Source: Callorhinchus milii (lineage: Eukaryota). From it: DNA of 64,000 bases. The stretch is from assembly GCF_018977255.1 (NCBI RefSeq), contig NW_024704752.1:7750001-7814000 (forward strand), given 5' to 3'. Under the pieces are notes generated by a model. That model was not told the origin of the DNA, searched no databases, and saw only the letters and a program-made list of their open reading frames with translations. Position 1 is the stretch's first letter. The number at the start of each line of letters is the position of its first letter. Below are positions 1 through 13,030 of this stretch, piece after piece. A program made the translations under genes and the position numbers.

Positions 1-1569
1 AAAACATATTTCTAAGAAGCGAATAGTGCAAATACTCATAAGGCTATTCTAATATGTGCAGGGTATCTATCTTGCCTATACTCCTCCCTTGAATTTTACT
101 CTAATGTCTGCCTGGCAATCATATGTACACCAACCTTTTGTAAAAATATTAAATCCACCTCTACCTATGCAAGGTAACAGTGTGAAAAATTCCAAAACAC
201 ATCTCAGTAAGAGATGAAGTTGAAGACATAATTGAGCTTTGTTTATGTAGCCATGGTTTATGTCGCCATCTCAAATCCTTGTATTAAGTTAAATTAGTTT
301 CATCAGGTCTGTTTTCAAGTTTTTAATGAGATTTTCACTTCAAGGCTATGTGAGACATTGCTGTGCCCAAACCATCTGTCACCTTAGCCTATAAATACGC
401 AGTCACTACACTTTATAGTAATTCCTGTAGTGCTTTGAGATGTCCTCCTGATGTGAAAGGTGCTAAATTAAATGAATGGATCATCAATCCTATTATTATT
501 TTCTATTTTACAGTTTTTCATTCATATTGACATAATCTTTAGCCAATTAGTAACAATGTGCCCTGTCCATTAATCACTTGGGCCATGTTAATGCCATTAC
601 GTTTCTCCTGAGCACCATTTTGGTTTCTGATTTCTATAGTTATAACCTATTGGGTATATCTTAGTCGTTCATGTTGCTTTCAAATAATAATATATATTTT
701 TATGGTCTCCTAAATGTGCTGTTTATTTATGAACTGTGTATTTATTATTTTAATGCACCATTTTAATATGTTTTGAAATGCACAGTATAGCCTAACCAGT
801 ATGCAGGCATCCATTTGACTGAAATGCAGAGTAGACTAATATGTTGGGACGTGGCATATATCAATAACCAATCACGCTCTCCTTTTAATTCTCTGAGTGC
901 ATCTCAAACCCTGATATTCCCTATTTGTATATGGTGAAGACCTTATCCGTGTGATTGATGTATCACCCTTGACAGATGCAACTCTCTGTAATTGATGTAT
1001 CAGCTTGTGGTTGATTTATCAATTTGTTATTACGCTAATTTGCTTTAATCATTTACTTGTTTTCATTTCCATGTCTGCAACTCTCTGAATTACAAATTCA
1101 TAATCCGTGGACTTGCACCTCCGGAAACTAACCAGGCAGTCCAGGTGAGATACAGTGAGCTGTGAGGCAGGTGCTGACTAGCATTTGTTCTGTGGTTTAA
1201 TTTCTGTGCTGTTCTGTGTTCTTCAAAGCTTGTTATAATATCGAGTTGGGTTTGCAAACTTTGGTCTCGCTTTGATTCAAAACTGGTTGAAAGTGTTTGC
1301 TACGATGAAAAATAAAATGGAGTTGATTATTTATCTTTGCTTAATTTCATGTTTGAAATTAGAATGGGGACTGGAAGATAATAAAGGATTATAGGAACAG
1401 CAGCAGTACTTTCAGTACAGAATGACGATTAAATGTAATACATTTTTTGACTTTTTAAAGTATTTTTGGTTACAAGCCATTACTTGGCAACAAGAAAAAG
1501 ACATGGATATGAATTAACAGCTGCCTCAAGAGAAGAAAGAAAACCTAGTTTAGTTGTAAGGAGAGCTAG

Positions 1570-2200
1570 GTCAAAATGAGTGAGGTCTCTGGATTCCATA
1601 CTACAATCCCTCCTGTTCCTAGTGTATGTAAATGATCTGGATTTGCAGACTCTGGGCGAGGCAGTTAATTGTACATGAACCCAATCTGGAGATGCTGTGG
1701 TGTAAGAGACAACAGAAAAAGAATGTAACCATCGTCTTACAAATTGGTTAAAGTTCTGGCTGCTGCAGCAAAAGGAACCTGTCTAAGATCCAGAAGCCGT
1801 GCTGAGGAGCGGAATGAGACTAATTTCCAGAGTTAAAGGAATGAGTTTTGAAACACAATTAGATAAGATGGGGCTCTTCAGCTTGAAAAGAGATGTTTCA
1901 CAGGGGACCTTTTAGCATTATGTCACATGATTAACGGAATAAAGTAAATCCAGAATAATTCTTTCAGATACACAAAGCAGCCAGCCAAAATGACACAGAT
2001 TCAGGGTTGTTAAGGGCAAGTGAATGTAGGAGAGATTATAAGAAGTATTTCTTCACATAGGAAGTAGTCGACAGTTAGAATGGGTTAAAAGGAAGAAACC
2101 AGGAACTGGACTCATTCAAAAGTAACTTGATGGTATAATGGCAAGACGGCAGGTTTAGTATTCTGGAAAGATGAGGTCAAATGAGCCAATTTTTTTAATC
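1570..2200 (+). mobile_element. CR1-clade LINE 3' fragment (decayed RT end)
   Basis: ctcctgttcctagtgtatgtaaatgatctgg (LF..Y.NDL), gggctcttcagcttgaaaagag (GLFSLKR), agaagtatttcttcaca (FFT) motifs of the CR1 ORF2 C-terminus. Confidence 0.65.
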
Positions 2201-2247
2201 TGAATGTGTTTTGTGATCTTTATTATTTGTTTGGTGTTGAGTCACAG

Positions 2248-2382
2248 GTTCACCAAGTCCAATTATTCCTGAACCCTGTCTGAATATGGATGCCTATAAA
2301 GGAGATAAAGGACCTGCAGGATATGCAGGTGTTCCAGGATCAAAAGGGGCTGTGGGACACCCTGGTCTAGATGGCGTTCCAG
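2248..2382 (+). CDS. COL4A4: Collagen type IV alpha-4 chain, internal Gly-X-Y exon (gene begins upstream of window)
   Basis: cacag| ... CCAG|gtaatg boundaries; 135 nt, phase 1-1; translates GSPSPIIPEPCLNMDAYKGDKGPAGYAGVPGSKGAVGHPGLDGVP (interruption, then Gly-X-Y). Confidence 0.9.
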
Positions 2383-2930
2383 GTAATGGGTGCGTTTTAA
2401 GGGCTCTTGATTGTGGGTGGGTGGATACTCAAACAAAGTGGATATGGAGCTAGTTTATCCTAATTGCATGCCATGTGATAGCAAATCATGGCAAAGTACT
2501 GTTGGACGTGCAATAGAAACAGAGCAGAAATCCTCAAGAGGTGGAAATAAACAATCTGGGTGGTGTCCCCTACCCTACTACTGTATATGGTGGGGCTCAT
2601 ACCCTCCTCAGAAATGTACAGTAAGGGATGCTGGTATTAAGTTAGGGTTAATGCACACTGTTGGATACTGGATCAAAAAATAAAAATGTTTTCCATTCCT
2701 GAATGTTATTAATTTTTATAAAATTTACTAAAATCTAATAGCTATAAAGAAAACCGATGAAAATAATTGGACAATAAAGCATTATTTTGTCACATTTAGC
2801 CTTCTCTTAGCTACTCCGTGTAGCTGAGGGACATATTCAAGTGTGGTGATGGGAGACGTGAGTAATTATTAACCATATTTCATCACGCCTTGGATAAACA
2901 TCCAGAGTAATTATATGCATATGTTTACAG

Positions 2931-3044
2931 GATCCAGAGGCAAAATTGGGAAACCTGGAAAACCAGGTCCTAGTTATCCAGGCCTTCCTGGGATACCAGG
3001 AGATCCAGGCACTCGCGGGAGTCGAGGAATGGTTGGGGATCGGG
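2931..3044 (+). CDS. COL4A4: Collagen type IV alpha-4 chain, Gly-X-Y exon
   Basis: tttacag| ... CGGG|gtaaga; 114 nt, phase 1-1; GSRGKIGKPGKPGPSYPGLPGIPGDPGTRGSRGMVGDR. Confidence 0.92.
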
Positions 3045-3570
3045 GTAAGAGAAGATCCTATTGGTAAACGGCACCTTGTGTCAACTTGGGAGAAATACAT
3101 TCTTAATGAAAAATCATCCATTCCTTTATGCTTCGAGTTTGAATGTATTCATCCTGATTTTGCCATTTTCTGGAATGACTTCCGTTATCTTAACTTTTTA
3201 GAATACTAAACCCTAATTGTGCAGTGCCTTTGGACATCCGTACTACGTGAAACATGTTATATAAATATAATTTTGTTGTTGTTATCAAGTTGCCCTGAGC
3301 GAAGTAATGACCTGGACGTTGGCTATTTCTTTGGCATCCAAAAAGCCAGCCGGCGGTTTGAAGCGAGCCAGTCCAGAGATGCAAATTGGGTTTCTTGGCC
3401 AGTGAACATCAAGGTCCAGATCTCAATCAATGCACAATATAACAGGGCTTTTACCGTATTAAGTGGATTTATGAAGCTTTGTCCATTTTGGATGATTTTA
3501 ATGTTCGGCCACCAAAGTCTTATGTGTTGAAATGTGTTGAAAAATGCAAATGATTTATTCTACATTTCAG

Positions 3571-3756
3571 GTCCCTGTGGGATTCAAGGGCCTCCAGGCC
3601 AGATAAAACCATGTGGTTCTGCTGGTGGGTTCCTACTTGTAACACATAGTCAAACGGACAGGATACCCTCATGTCCTCAAAACATGCCTAGTCTTTGGCA
3701 TGGGTATAGTTTGCTTTATCTGGAAGGTCAAGAAAAGTCTCACAGTCAAGATCTTG
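3571..3756 (+). CDS. COL4A4: Collagen type IV alpha-4 chain, end of triple helix and start of NC1 domain
   Basis: tttcag| ... CTTG|gtaagt; 186 nt; [17 protein letters not shown]...[22 protein letters not shown] matches alpha-2/4/6-class NC1 (LYLEGQEK as in human alpha-4). Confidence 0.95.
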
Positions 3757-4627
3757 GTAAGTATAGACAATATATTACTTTTCATAATATAAACTCACCC
3801 ATTCAACTTTTACAATATATTACATTTTAGTTAGTGATTCTACTCAATTCTACTCAAACTGAAAATAACTAAAATGCCTGTTCAATTAGTTGAACAAAAT
3901 GTTTCACAGTAATGTAAAGTTGATGAGTATTGTTTACCCTCTACCCACAAAATCAGGTCCTTTCAATGGATGGTTTGGATGGGGGTCAGAACATGAGTAT
4001 ATAAGAACATGAAACCTATTCTTTCCTTAGAAATAGCTTGCTCATTCACTCAGGACAATCTAAAGCTGATTGTACATTCTTCTTCCTTAACATTACATTC
4101 ATATGTTCAAAAAAACATAGACTAAATGAAAATCAAAGACCCATAGTTCGAGCTTGAATCAAATCGAAGATGAAATCATTAGTGAATAAGTGACATTGAT
4201 TTGGGCTTTTAAAATAATACAGATTTTGGAAGGAAGGAAAGGTTGGGGGAGGTAAGGAGTTCAATAGTTTTGAGATCTTTTTGAGTAGAAAACTGTGCGA
4301 TGCTTTTGTTTTCAAACTGCGCAGGATAAGCATATAATTCACATTGCATCTACGTGCCTTTTACATACTGAACTTCCATCACATGATTAGGAAATCTTCC
4401 CACAAATGTTCGGAGTGTGTTTGATGCTGTTTCTGGGCAAAGAATGGTAAACTACATCCAGAACTGTTGTCACTAAATTTGGCAGTTGAAAAGCAAAACT
4501 ATCCATTTGTGTATGCTCAATGACCCCCTCCAGATAAGTTAGCTTTTAGGACAATTCATTATGTTGCTTCGACAGTCTTGTCACATACTTATTGATAACC
4601 ATTATTGCATTCTTGTTATTCTCCCAG

Positions 4628-4914
4628 GTCTAGCTGGCTCTTGTTTGCCAATGTTCAGTACAATGCCATTTGCGTATTGCACCACTGATGACGTTTGTCA
4701 CTATGCCAATAGAAATGACAAATCCTATTGGTTGTCTACCACCGCACCTATGCCCAGGAAGCCACTCATTGATCGAGAGATAGAGCCTTACATCAGCAGA
4801 TGTTCAGTGTGTGAGGCATCTTCTGTTGCAGTGGCTGTCCATAGCCAGGATGAGACCATTCCTTTATGTCCATCAAGATGGAGAAGTCTTTGGGCCGGAT
4901 ACTCTTTCTTCATG
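4628..4914 (+). CDS. COL4A4: Collagen type IV alpha-4 chain, NC1 domain exon
   Basis: ctcccag| ... CATG|gtgagc; 287 nt; [18 protein letters not shown]...[14 protein letters not shown]...[12 protein letters not shown]. Confidence 0.96.
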
Positions 4915-5324
4915 GTGAGCAGAATTTTATTAAGAACTTAAGAATTTGCTAGGTGAAAGAAGACCAAGGCCCATCTAGTTCACCTTCCACCATCCTGGCA
5001 GTCGCTGGGCATTTTGTTAACTTATTATTCATTAGTTTATTCACTGGCTTGCTATTTGTGGTCATAATCATGCTTGCACTAATTCATGTTGACTTACAGA
5101 TCCATGGGGGCAAAGTACTGGAATCTATCAATGAGCACTGTGGAAAAATCTCTTTTCCACAGTATACATTTCTGTTCTTGGTTGATTGTCTCTGGTATTC
5201 ACTGAACAGAAACAAAGCATTTTTTCCTCATGAGGAAGTGAAATTGGAGGCCGAGTTGTTCTGCTCACCATATTGCACCTCTAGGGGGCTAGTTCATCAA
5301 TGAGTGTGACTTGATTGGAACTTT

Positions 5325-5548
5325 ATCCCACAGTCCCTTTGCCTTGCTTCCTCCCTTTACGTCCTTCAAGACCCTCCTTTTCGATTGCACCTTTGGTCAC
5401 CATCCTATCTCTACCCTCACTGCCCTCCACCCCTCCTGATCCCAGCCTCTAGCTTGGGCCCAAATTCCTGACTGTCCAGCGCCTTGGGACATCTTCCCGA
5501 CATGAAAGGGCTGTGTAAATGTGATTTTGTATTTTGAATTGTTGTTGT
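5325..5548 (+). mobile_element. L2-clade LINE 3' end in last COL4A4 intron
   Basis: ccttcaagaccctcctttt...gtccagcgccttgggacatcttcccgacatgaaagg...ttgttgttg. Confidence 0.75.
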
Positions 5549-5748
5549 GTCCTGAAAACTTGTTTCCTGTCCACTTCCTTTTTTCTTGATTGGGAAATGA
5601 GATAATGGTATTGTGAAACTCTCCAAAAATTGGAGATGATGGATGGTGGATTCCATCTCAAAGAAAAGGGCAGCAAAGAGTACATGTAGGAAATGTTAAG
5701 CATTTAAATTCCCAGTTCAGAGGATTGAATGTCATCTTCCCATTGTAG

Positions 5749-6024
5749 CACACAGGAGCAGGCACCGGAGGAGGAGGTCAATCTCTGATGTCACCTGGGA
5801 GCTGCCTGGAGGATTTCCACTCACTACCATTTATCGAGTGCCAGGGAGCTCAGGGCACTTGCCACTTCTTTGCCAACAAGTATAGCTTCTGGCTAGCAAT
5901 AGTGCGATCAAACGAGCAGTTTAGTAATCCTGCCTTTTCAGAGACTCTTAGCATGGAACAAAGAGGGAGAATCAGTCGGTGTCGAGTCTGCATAAGGAAT
6001 GAATGTGAGAAAGAGGAGTGTTAA
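5749..6024 (+). CDS. COL4A4: Collagen type IV alpha-4 chain, terminal coding exon (NC1 C-terminus, stop TAA)
   Basis: ttgtag|CAC ACA GGA; [23 protein letters not shown]...[19 protein letters not shown]...ISRCRVC. Tail-to-tail position next to RHBDD1 matches human COL4A4 synteny. Confidence 0.95.
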   Translation, partial: HTGAGTGGGGQSLMSPGSCLEDFHSLPFIECQGAQGTCHFFANKYSFWLAIVRSNEQFSNPAFSETLSMEQRGRISRCRVCIRNECEKEEC

Positions 6025-6466
6025 GACTCTTTACCAAAAAGAAGCTGATGATGATGATAATCTCTGTATTTGATATAGCACCTTATCACGTCTTCTAGAT
6101 GTCTCAAAGCGCTTTGATCTAATGGGTAAAGGCGCTCATTTAATTTTACCCTCTATGCATACACTAAACTGTGGTGGGGGGGAGGGAATCAACAGGAGAC
6201 TGAGCTGCAATGCCAGTACTAGTCTGCTCACAGTAATCAATGAATACAAGAACATGAGTAAATTCTGTTCAAACATAGTTACTTATCAATATTATTCAGA
6301 TAAATTTAACTTGTAGATATGTATTTATATCTAAAATGATTGGGGATCTGTTTCTTTTTTCTTCATCTGTTCACAGCTCCAAAAAATTAAGATAGCAAGA
6401 TTTAGCTTGTCGATGCAAACCATTTGCACGAATGAAATTCTGTTGTAACTTTATCCTAATGTTAAC

Positions 6467-6472
6467 AATAAA
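6467..6472 (+). terminator. Candidate polyadenylation signal of COL4A4
   Basis: AATAAA ~440 nt after the stop codon, followed by T-rich ctgtttt; a second AATAAA lies at 6908-6913. Confidence 0.45.
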
Positions 6473-8819
6473 CATTCCGAATGATTCAACAGCTCACTGT
6501 TTTTAAAGCAATCGATTGAGGGAATTTGGTTATGGATGATCAAAAGAGGTGAGAGAGATAATGTAGTGATGAGGTTACTGCCCCTTCACCTCAAAGCGGC
6601 CCAGAGTGATGAATGAAAGATCTGAGGTGGAATTAGTTAGTAAATTTCAATGCAATAGTACGTACTGTCCCTAATTGTGCACTAAACTGGCAATACCATT
6701 CATAGAGACCAGGAGTATGTGTGATATGGAAAATAGAAATGTTAGACTGGTACAGTTCGTAAGGGGTAAGGAATGGTTTTTGGATTTGGGGCAGATACAC
6801 ACAATTGAGGTGGTAGAGGAAAGGGAGGCTTCACCCAATCTAATCATGTCACATGTATAATGTTGCTATTGAGAGCCGTAAATGGAAAAAGTGTTCAATT
6901 TCCTAGCAATAAATCTCTTATCTTGAAGACATCTGATCCCCCCCACCCTCAAAATAGTGAGTTAAATTGAAAGAAACTTTCTGTTTGCCACACTTTGAGT
7001 GTCGGAGCTTTATTTTAATTTTATCTTCACAGTGCTAACCAAAAACTTCACTGAAATGTATACATTTTGTGTAAGCCACATTGCCTCAATGAAAAAAATA
7101 GTGCAATAGTATCTTGGTGATGTGGATATGACTAGGGCTTTGAAAGCAGCAGGAACAATTTTGTACCAAGATCTCAAACAGAATACGATTTACAGTTTAT
7201 TTTGTTGGTTTTTCAAGCTCTAGGTTATTCTGTGGATGTTTCCAAAAGCTTAATATTTTTCCTTTACAATGTACAAAAATTGTGTGTTAAGTGAAAAAAA
7301 ATCTTGAATTCCTAATTTACCAAAGACATGGATTTCCTCTCTTGTTATTGTGCTCTCGTTGTGCAGAGCCAGCTGCAGTATTTAATGCTATCTGACAAGC
7401 ACATAAAATGGTGGTTAAGCTTGCTTTCGAATTCGTGTGTCAGCGTTTAAAGTTGCATTGATTGGGAAAGCAGATTGAAATGAAAATCCTGTCTGTTTTC
7501 CTTATTTAGGAATTTTATTTGAAGTCATTAAAATGTTAAGAGACTGGCTAGCTCGAAACACTGAGGTAACTGTTATTGCTACAAATTGACTGTAAATTAA
7601 ATAAAAGGAGAGATTTAAAAGATCCGAGAGTAAAGCAGATCAATGTGTCATTTTATTTGAGTCACATCTGTTGGTGTCTGTGTGTTACAATTTTAAATGC
7701 AGCCATCAGGATAAAGAGAAGAGGGTTATTAGCATGCTGCACTTACAACTGTAGGTTCCTGCATCTGATACCAAGCCAGACTAATGGGATGAATCAACTC
7801 TCCAAGGCTCTTAACAACAACAACAAATTACATTTCTATAGTGCCTTTCATGTCGGGAGGATGTCCTAAAGTGCTGGACAGTCATGGATGTGCACCTGAG
7901 AGGGTGGAATTATAAGTAGCGAGTTGTTTTCACTGTAAAATTAAAGATAAAGTAAATGTTAAAGATCTCAGGGCACTAGTCGAAAAGCAAATGGAGTTTC
8001 TCCTAGTGTCCTGGCCGACAAACTGCCAGATAAAATTAGTCAGTTACATGGTGGCTGTTTGTGGGTCACTGTTCTGGGCAAGTTGGCTGCCATATTCACC
8101 CACAAAGCACTGTGACTCCACTTTACAGTATTTCATGTTCAGTGCTTTGAGATGTCCTCCCGACATGAAATACAAAATACAAGGATTATTGTATGATTGT
8201 TCCTAATCTTTTCAACCTTCTGAAATCCTGCAAAATGGCCTTGATCCTTCACCTAAAGTTTCTTAATTGAAAAAGGAAAAATACTTTTCATGTCGTAGTG
8301 GACTCTGCTTATAACAAAATAACCAATAGCTGGGTGGTGACTGATCACAGGTGTCAATCTAACCAGAGTGTATGGATTAATATACGCATTTTTTTTCAAC
8401 ACATAAAATATCCTGTTGCAGAAGTATTGACTTTGATGGCTGTGACCTATTGGTTTACCGTCTCCACTGCTGAAGTTCAGGAATCACTATCTATTGCAAT
8501 TTAAGCACACAATCCACTTGACCCTGAACTGTGGGCAAAGCTTCAGAATTCAGATGCAGTCAAATACAAGCGACCAGAATCCAAAGAAGGTTGCCATTTT
8601 CATAACTCATTGTGGGTGATTTGACGCCTTTTTAAAAAAAATATCCATTCGCCCTATCGTGCCTGGATGTCTGTAACTTCTTTTAAGAACTGCAGAAAAC
8701 AGACTTCGAAATTAAAAATGAATTCAGCAACTTGCCAAACTCTGCATAAAGTAAAATGCTACAGAGAGTAAATATAAACTAGGATGGAATTTCACATATA
8801 TATTTATTATTAATTAATC

Positions 8820-9155
8820 CGGTGGTGAGGTTAGCACTCTCGCCCATCAAGCGATTCCTGGACAGGGCGAAATGTTAGGCAAGTTTATTTACACCACATG
8901 CCTCTGTTTACCCAGCAGTAAGTAGAACTTAGTTGTTAGTTGATTGACGGATCGCTTTCCAGAGGTAATAATCCCACAAAAACAATGTTGGTCAGTCAAT
9001 CCCATGACTATTTGTGGGCCACTGCTGTGAGCAGTTGGCTGCCCCTTTTGGCCATAAATAAAATCAATCCACTTTACAATATATTGTGTGAAGTCTTTTG
9101 AGACATCTCAACGATGTTATAAGGTGCTATATCAAATGCAATGATTATTGTTGTT
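8820..9155 (+). mobile_element. Diverged longer-subfamily SINE
   Basis: Same body and tail motifs as the 25131 and 46743 copies. Confidence 0.8.
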
Positions 9156-10368
9156 AATAAACAAATGTGTTTCATCTAAATGACTTGGTTTCAAAAGTTA
9201 CGCGTGGAAATGTGCTCCAATCTTTCTTAACTATTTTTAACCATTTACGTAAAAACATTTCTTTAACATCCACACCCCCTGCCCCATGCTTCTAGTAATA
9301 ATATTACTGACCCAACAACAATGGAAATAAATGTTCACCATTTAACCTTTCATAATATTGAACACATCATTTGTCCTAATCTGAACCTTCTCTGCTCCAT
9401 TGAATACAGCATCAGTTTTTAAGTGTTAAGTATCATTTTTCTGTATCCTCTCCATGCTCTGATAGTTTTTCATTAATGAGGCTTTAACTGCAGACTAATC
9501 AAAGTTGATATAGATTCAGCGTGCCCTTTATATTCAACACCCTTATATATGAAACTCTGGGTGTCCTATTTGCCCTTTATATAGTGTCCTTCAACTGAGG
9601 TCGAGTGAGGACAGTAGTAACGGGTTCGGCTGTAATGCCCTCACAGTTGAATATCCTGCCAATACTTATCGACTGGCTGTACAAAGTAGGAGGCACCAGA
9701 TGCTGGCACACAGCCATTGAACCTGAGCGTTTTTCTATTTTAGAAAGAGAAAGCTAATGCCAGATACTATAGGTACAGAATATGGCTGTAATTTCAAAGG
9801 GTGCTTTAAAGTCGTTTACGCATTAGTATAATTGAAATGCAGGCAGTTCTTTACCTTACTTACTGCTGGAAATACATTATTTCATATCCGCAGGAAAGTA
9901 CTTTGTCACACTGACTATAATACATATTTATCATTAACATTGGTGACCCATTCATCCCATTATGAACATGTAATAAAATTACTGATCAATGTGTGTTAGA
10001 CCCGTGATGTTTCTTCAGTTTAATTTAGGCCCTGGGATGCTTGATGGCTTGATCATTTTAGGATTGTTTTATTCATGTGCATTCATCACATCATTGAGAC
10101 TTCGCAAAGCGCTTCACAGAATATATTGTAAAGTGTAGTTTGTGGGCGAAATGCAGCAGCCAATTGCGCACAGCAGTGTCCCACAAACAGTTGTGGAATG
10201 AGTGACATTTGTTTTTGGAGAGTACAATGTGCTTGTATAAAACACAACAACAAAATATTTAGTATTTCTGACTATTTTAGTAAACATTAAACCAGACAAG
10301 GTAGAAATATCTCCTCCTGGCTGCAAATTAATTGCAAAAGGATCCACTCAGTCTAGTATAGCCTGTGC

Positions 10369-10386
10369 TGCCACCAGAGGGCACAA
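10369..10386 (+). promoter_or_regulatory. Candidate CTCF site between COL4A4 and RHBDD1 3' ends
   Basis: TGCCACCAGAGGGCACAA fits CCACCAGAGGGC. Confidence 0.55.
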
Positions 10387-11038
10387 GATACCCATAGAGG
10401 ACACTTCACAAGTACTTTATATCATTACTAAGAAATAGCTGGTAGCTCCAACGTGGCTCCTGATCACATAAACCAAAACCCCACGTTCAAAGCCAAACTT
10501 CAGAGTTCCTCAATTGCAGTCTTTGTACATCAGCAGGAATTCCTGCATTTTACCCAATAAGTGGCATGTAAAAGGATACAGGAAGGAGAGCAACATAAAC
10601 TGGTAATGGAAAATAAGAAGGGATTAGGAACGTTATAACGTAAAAATATGACAGGAACAGCCATTTGGTCCATCCAGGCTACATTTCTCACTGTGCATAC
10701 AATCGCTGCTGTAAACCCTCCACAATTTAATTATTATATTGACACGACCGTCCTCCTTTCCTCCTCTTGAATCCATCTCAATAGCATCATACTCTATGTA
10801 GCAGCTCTCCCTCATCCAGAACTCAGGAGCTTGTAGCCTCTGCCACACTCGGCTGTTCATTTGCTTCACTTTAAAAGGGATTTCCATACCTCCCCCCACA
10901 ATATTGTTTGCCTCATGCTGCTTTCAGGTATCCTAAAGCCTCTGTTGTACAGAAAAAAGTTACCGTAACAGATAACATTGATGGGAAGGTGACTGCCTGA
11001 AAGTTCTCCCCTTCATTTTAGTGAATGCTGTGCTTATA

Positions 11039-11358
11039 AATAATAATAATAATAATCCTTGCATTTGATATAGCGCTTTTCACGTCGGGAGGACGTCCAA
11101 AGCGCTTCACAGAAGACACTGTAAAGTGAATTGACTGCCTATTTGTGGGCGAACGCGGCAGCCAATTGCGCACAGCAATGTCCCACAAACAGTCGTGGAT
11201 TGAAAATGACCAATTTATTATTGTTTTTGGTTTTCGAGGGATTATTATTAGGCGTGTCGAGTAAGAAAACTTGCCCAAGGTTTCGCCCTCTGCCTGGAAT
11301 TGAACTCGGGTCTCTCGCTTGCAAAGCAAGTGCTCTAACCACTGAGCTACAGGACTCC
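11039..11358 (-). mobile_element. Full-length young tRNA-derived SINE (Deu/AmnSINE-like 3' end, (TTA)n tail)
   Basis: Minus strand: GGAGTCCTGTAGCTCAGTGG (A box), CTTTGCAAG (Ala-TGC-like loop), GAGTTCAATTCC (B box), body, GCGCTATATCAAATGCAAGG(ATT)n. Near-identical to copies at 45014 and 53444. Confidence 0.9.
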
Positions 11359-12699
11359 ACGACTCAATTACAAGATGTAATTGTACTTTTGTTTTACAGA
11401 TAAGGCAATGAATAGTAATAATAAGACTCCAGGTGCTCATCACCTTGACCCTCGCCTTCACCAAGCTCCACTGTCCCTCTAGCAGATAGATTTCAAGGTG
11501 CCAAAACACTGACATAGAATCACTAAATGAGGCAAAGTTTAGCATTGTTGTCCCAACAGCATCTCCAACAAAGCCTTCACTGCAGAAAAGCTGCTGGCCA
11601 CATTGGAACCAATGTGTTTATAACCGACATAGCATTGCAGCAGTAGCACCTGGCATTTCTCTTAAGCTGAAGACCATGGGCTTAAAACTAACATCACACA
11701 GAATTTCTGAAAATTTTTGAATTCAGATCTAGTTTCTCTGCAGGCATTTTCACACTACTGCATGGTGTTAACTTTTAAGACAATCATCTCAAGGCCCAGG
11801 CCATGAGAAATGTGGGGCCTCTGGCCTTGATAGATGCAGAATTATCTGGTTAGCACGACTGAAAATATCCTCATTCTCAGTGTGTTTATCGTCATGAATG
11901 ATCTGCCCAATGAGTTCTTGTAAAAGCCTCCCAGTTCATAAAATTCTCTGGAGATGTCAAGAGTCAAGGCAGAATAAAGCACGATTTTTACAGACTTGTA
12001 CGCCTCATTTACTAGAAGCAATTTACTGTACAAATGTGGCTATTCAGGCTTCTGTGAAAGACAACAATATGGGCATCAATCTAAGAGGCTTTCATTCAGC
12101 AGACGGCCAAACGGTGTGCTGTGCCAAGGGAAACCTACTCAATACTGGTGGCAAAATGACTTGGCGCCATACACAATGCTTTTGTTTGGCCTTAGTATGC
12201 TTACACTCACAATTTAATAGTTAACCCTTTACTATTTTGAGTAAAGACTTATTAAAATTTTGCAAAATGCTTAAAATTTTGCCTTATGAATAAACTATAA
12301 AGGCAAGCATTATTATAACATTATTATGAACTTAATAAAATGACACAACAAATGCAGTTATTACAGGCAAAACTGGATTTTGGAACAGTCTTTTTTTTAT
12401 TTAAGCAATGATTTAAAGGCTAAAAAACACAGGGGAAAGTTTTATATTGGAAAGATATTTCTTTTGCATTTACTTAGAATTATGTCATGAGGTAAATCTA
12501 ATGCTAGTTCTTTGAGTATTCTCACTCAGTCACCAACTCCTCCCTCAGATAAACACTCCGTATATTCAGACACACAGTCTAACTAACTGAGTGCTGTTAT
12601 GTGCTGCCATCATCCTTCAGCTCATAGTTCACAGTACATAGTTGATGAAGTTGGCAAGACTCAAGGTAGCCATTGATAAACTTCATAAAATAGGCCGAA

Positions 12700-13030
12700 A
12701 GTCTGGGTGGCAATTGTGAGCTAAGCTTCCAGGACTTGTGTTTGAATCCAACTCAGACTGATGGGCTAAAAGTCTCGTCTGTCTGTTTGTTGTGAAGTTC
12801 TATGCAAAAAGAATTTGGACAGCCTCAACTAAGTTCCTTGTGGGTGGGAGCTCACAGTACAAACAGTGCTTGTTGCTTGGCAATTTGGCAACCTTCCTCA
12901 GAGGCCACAGAATAACTGGTGTTACAAATGGAAAATGTTGCGGGGTGGGGGGAAAGGCACATTGTTGGGGCAGGAGACGGAGCTTTACTCTGCACATAAT
13001 CAAGCTCTATCTGCTCTGGGAGTGTTCCAA
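12700..13030 (+). mobile_element. Ancient SINE-like element (LF-SINE-like) ending in a ctttactctg.at.ta repeat unit
   Basis: tRNA-like head ending ttgaatccaactcagactgatg; same architecture as 21545-22000. Family name is from memory, not a search. Confidence 0.4.

Noticed and set aside
1110-1150. Possible extra collagen exon (CCA GGC AGT CCA G|gtgaga)
   Set aside because: In-frame TAA immediately upstream and no sustained Gly-X-Y pattern.
3571-6024. Assignment as COL4A3, COL4A2 or COL4A6
   Set aside because: The NC1 is alpha-2-class (not alpha-3), has alpha-4-type [13 protein letters not shown] and [11 protein letters not shown], and lies convergent with RHBDD1, as COL4A4 does.
11285-11358. 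tRNA-Ala(TGC)-like gene (also at 45014-45066)
   Set aside because: Continues into a SINE body and tail and is multi-copy; it is a SINE head, not a tRNA gene.
11018-11545. ORFs of 70-175 aa shared with 45003-45340
   Set aside because: Translations of SINE copies; the similarity reflects repeat identity.
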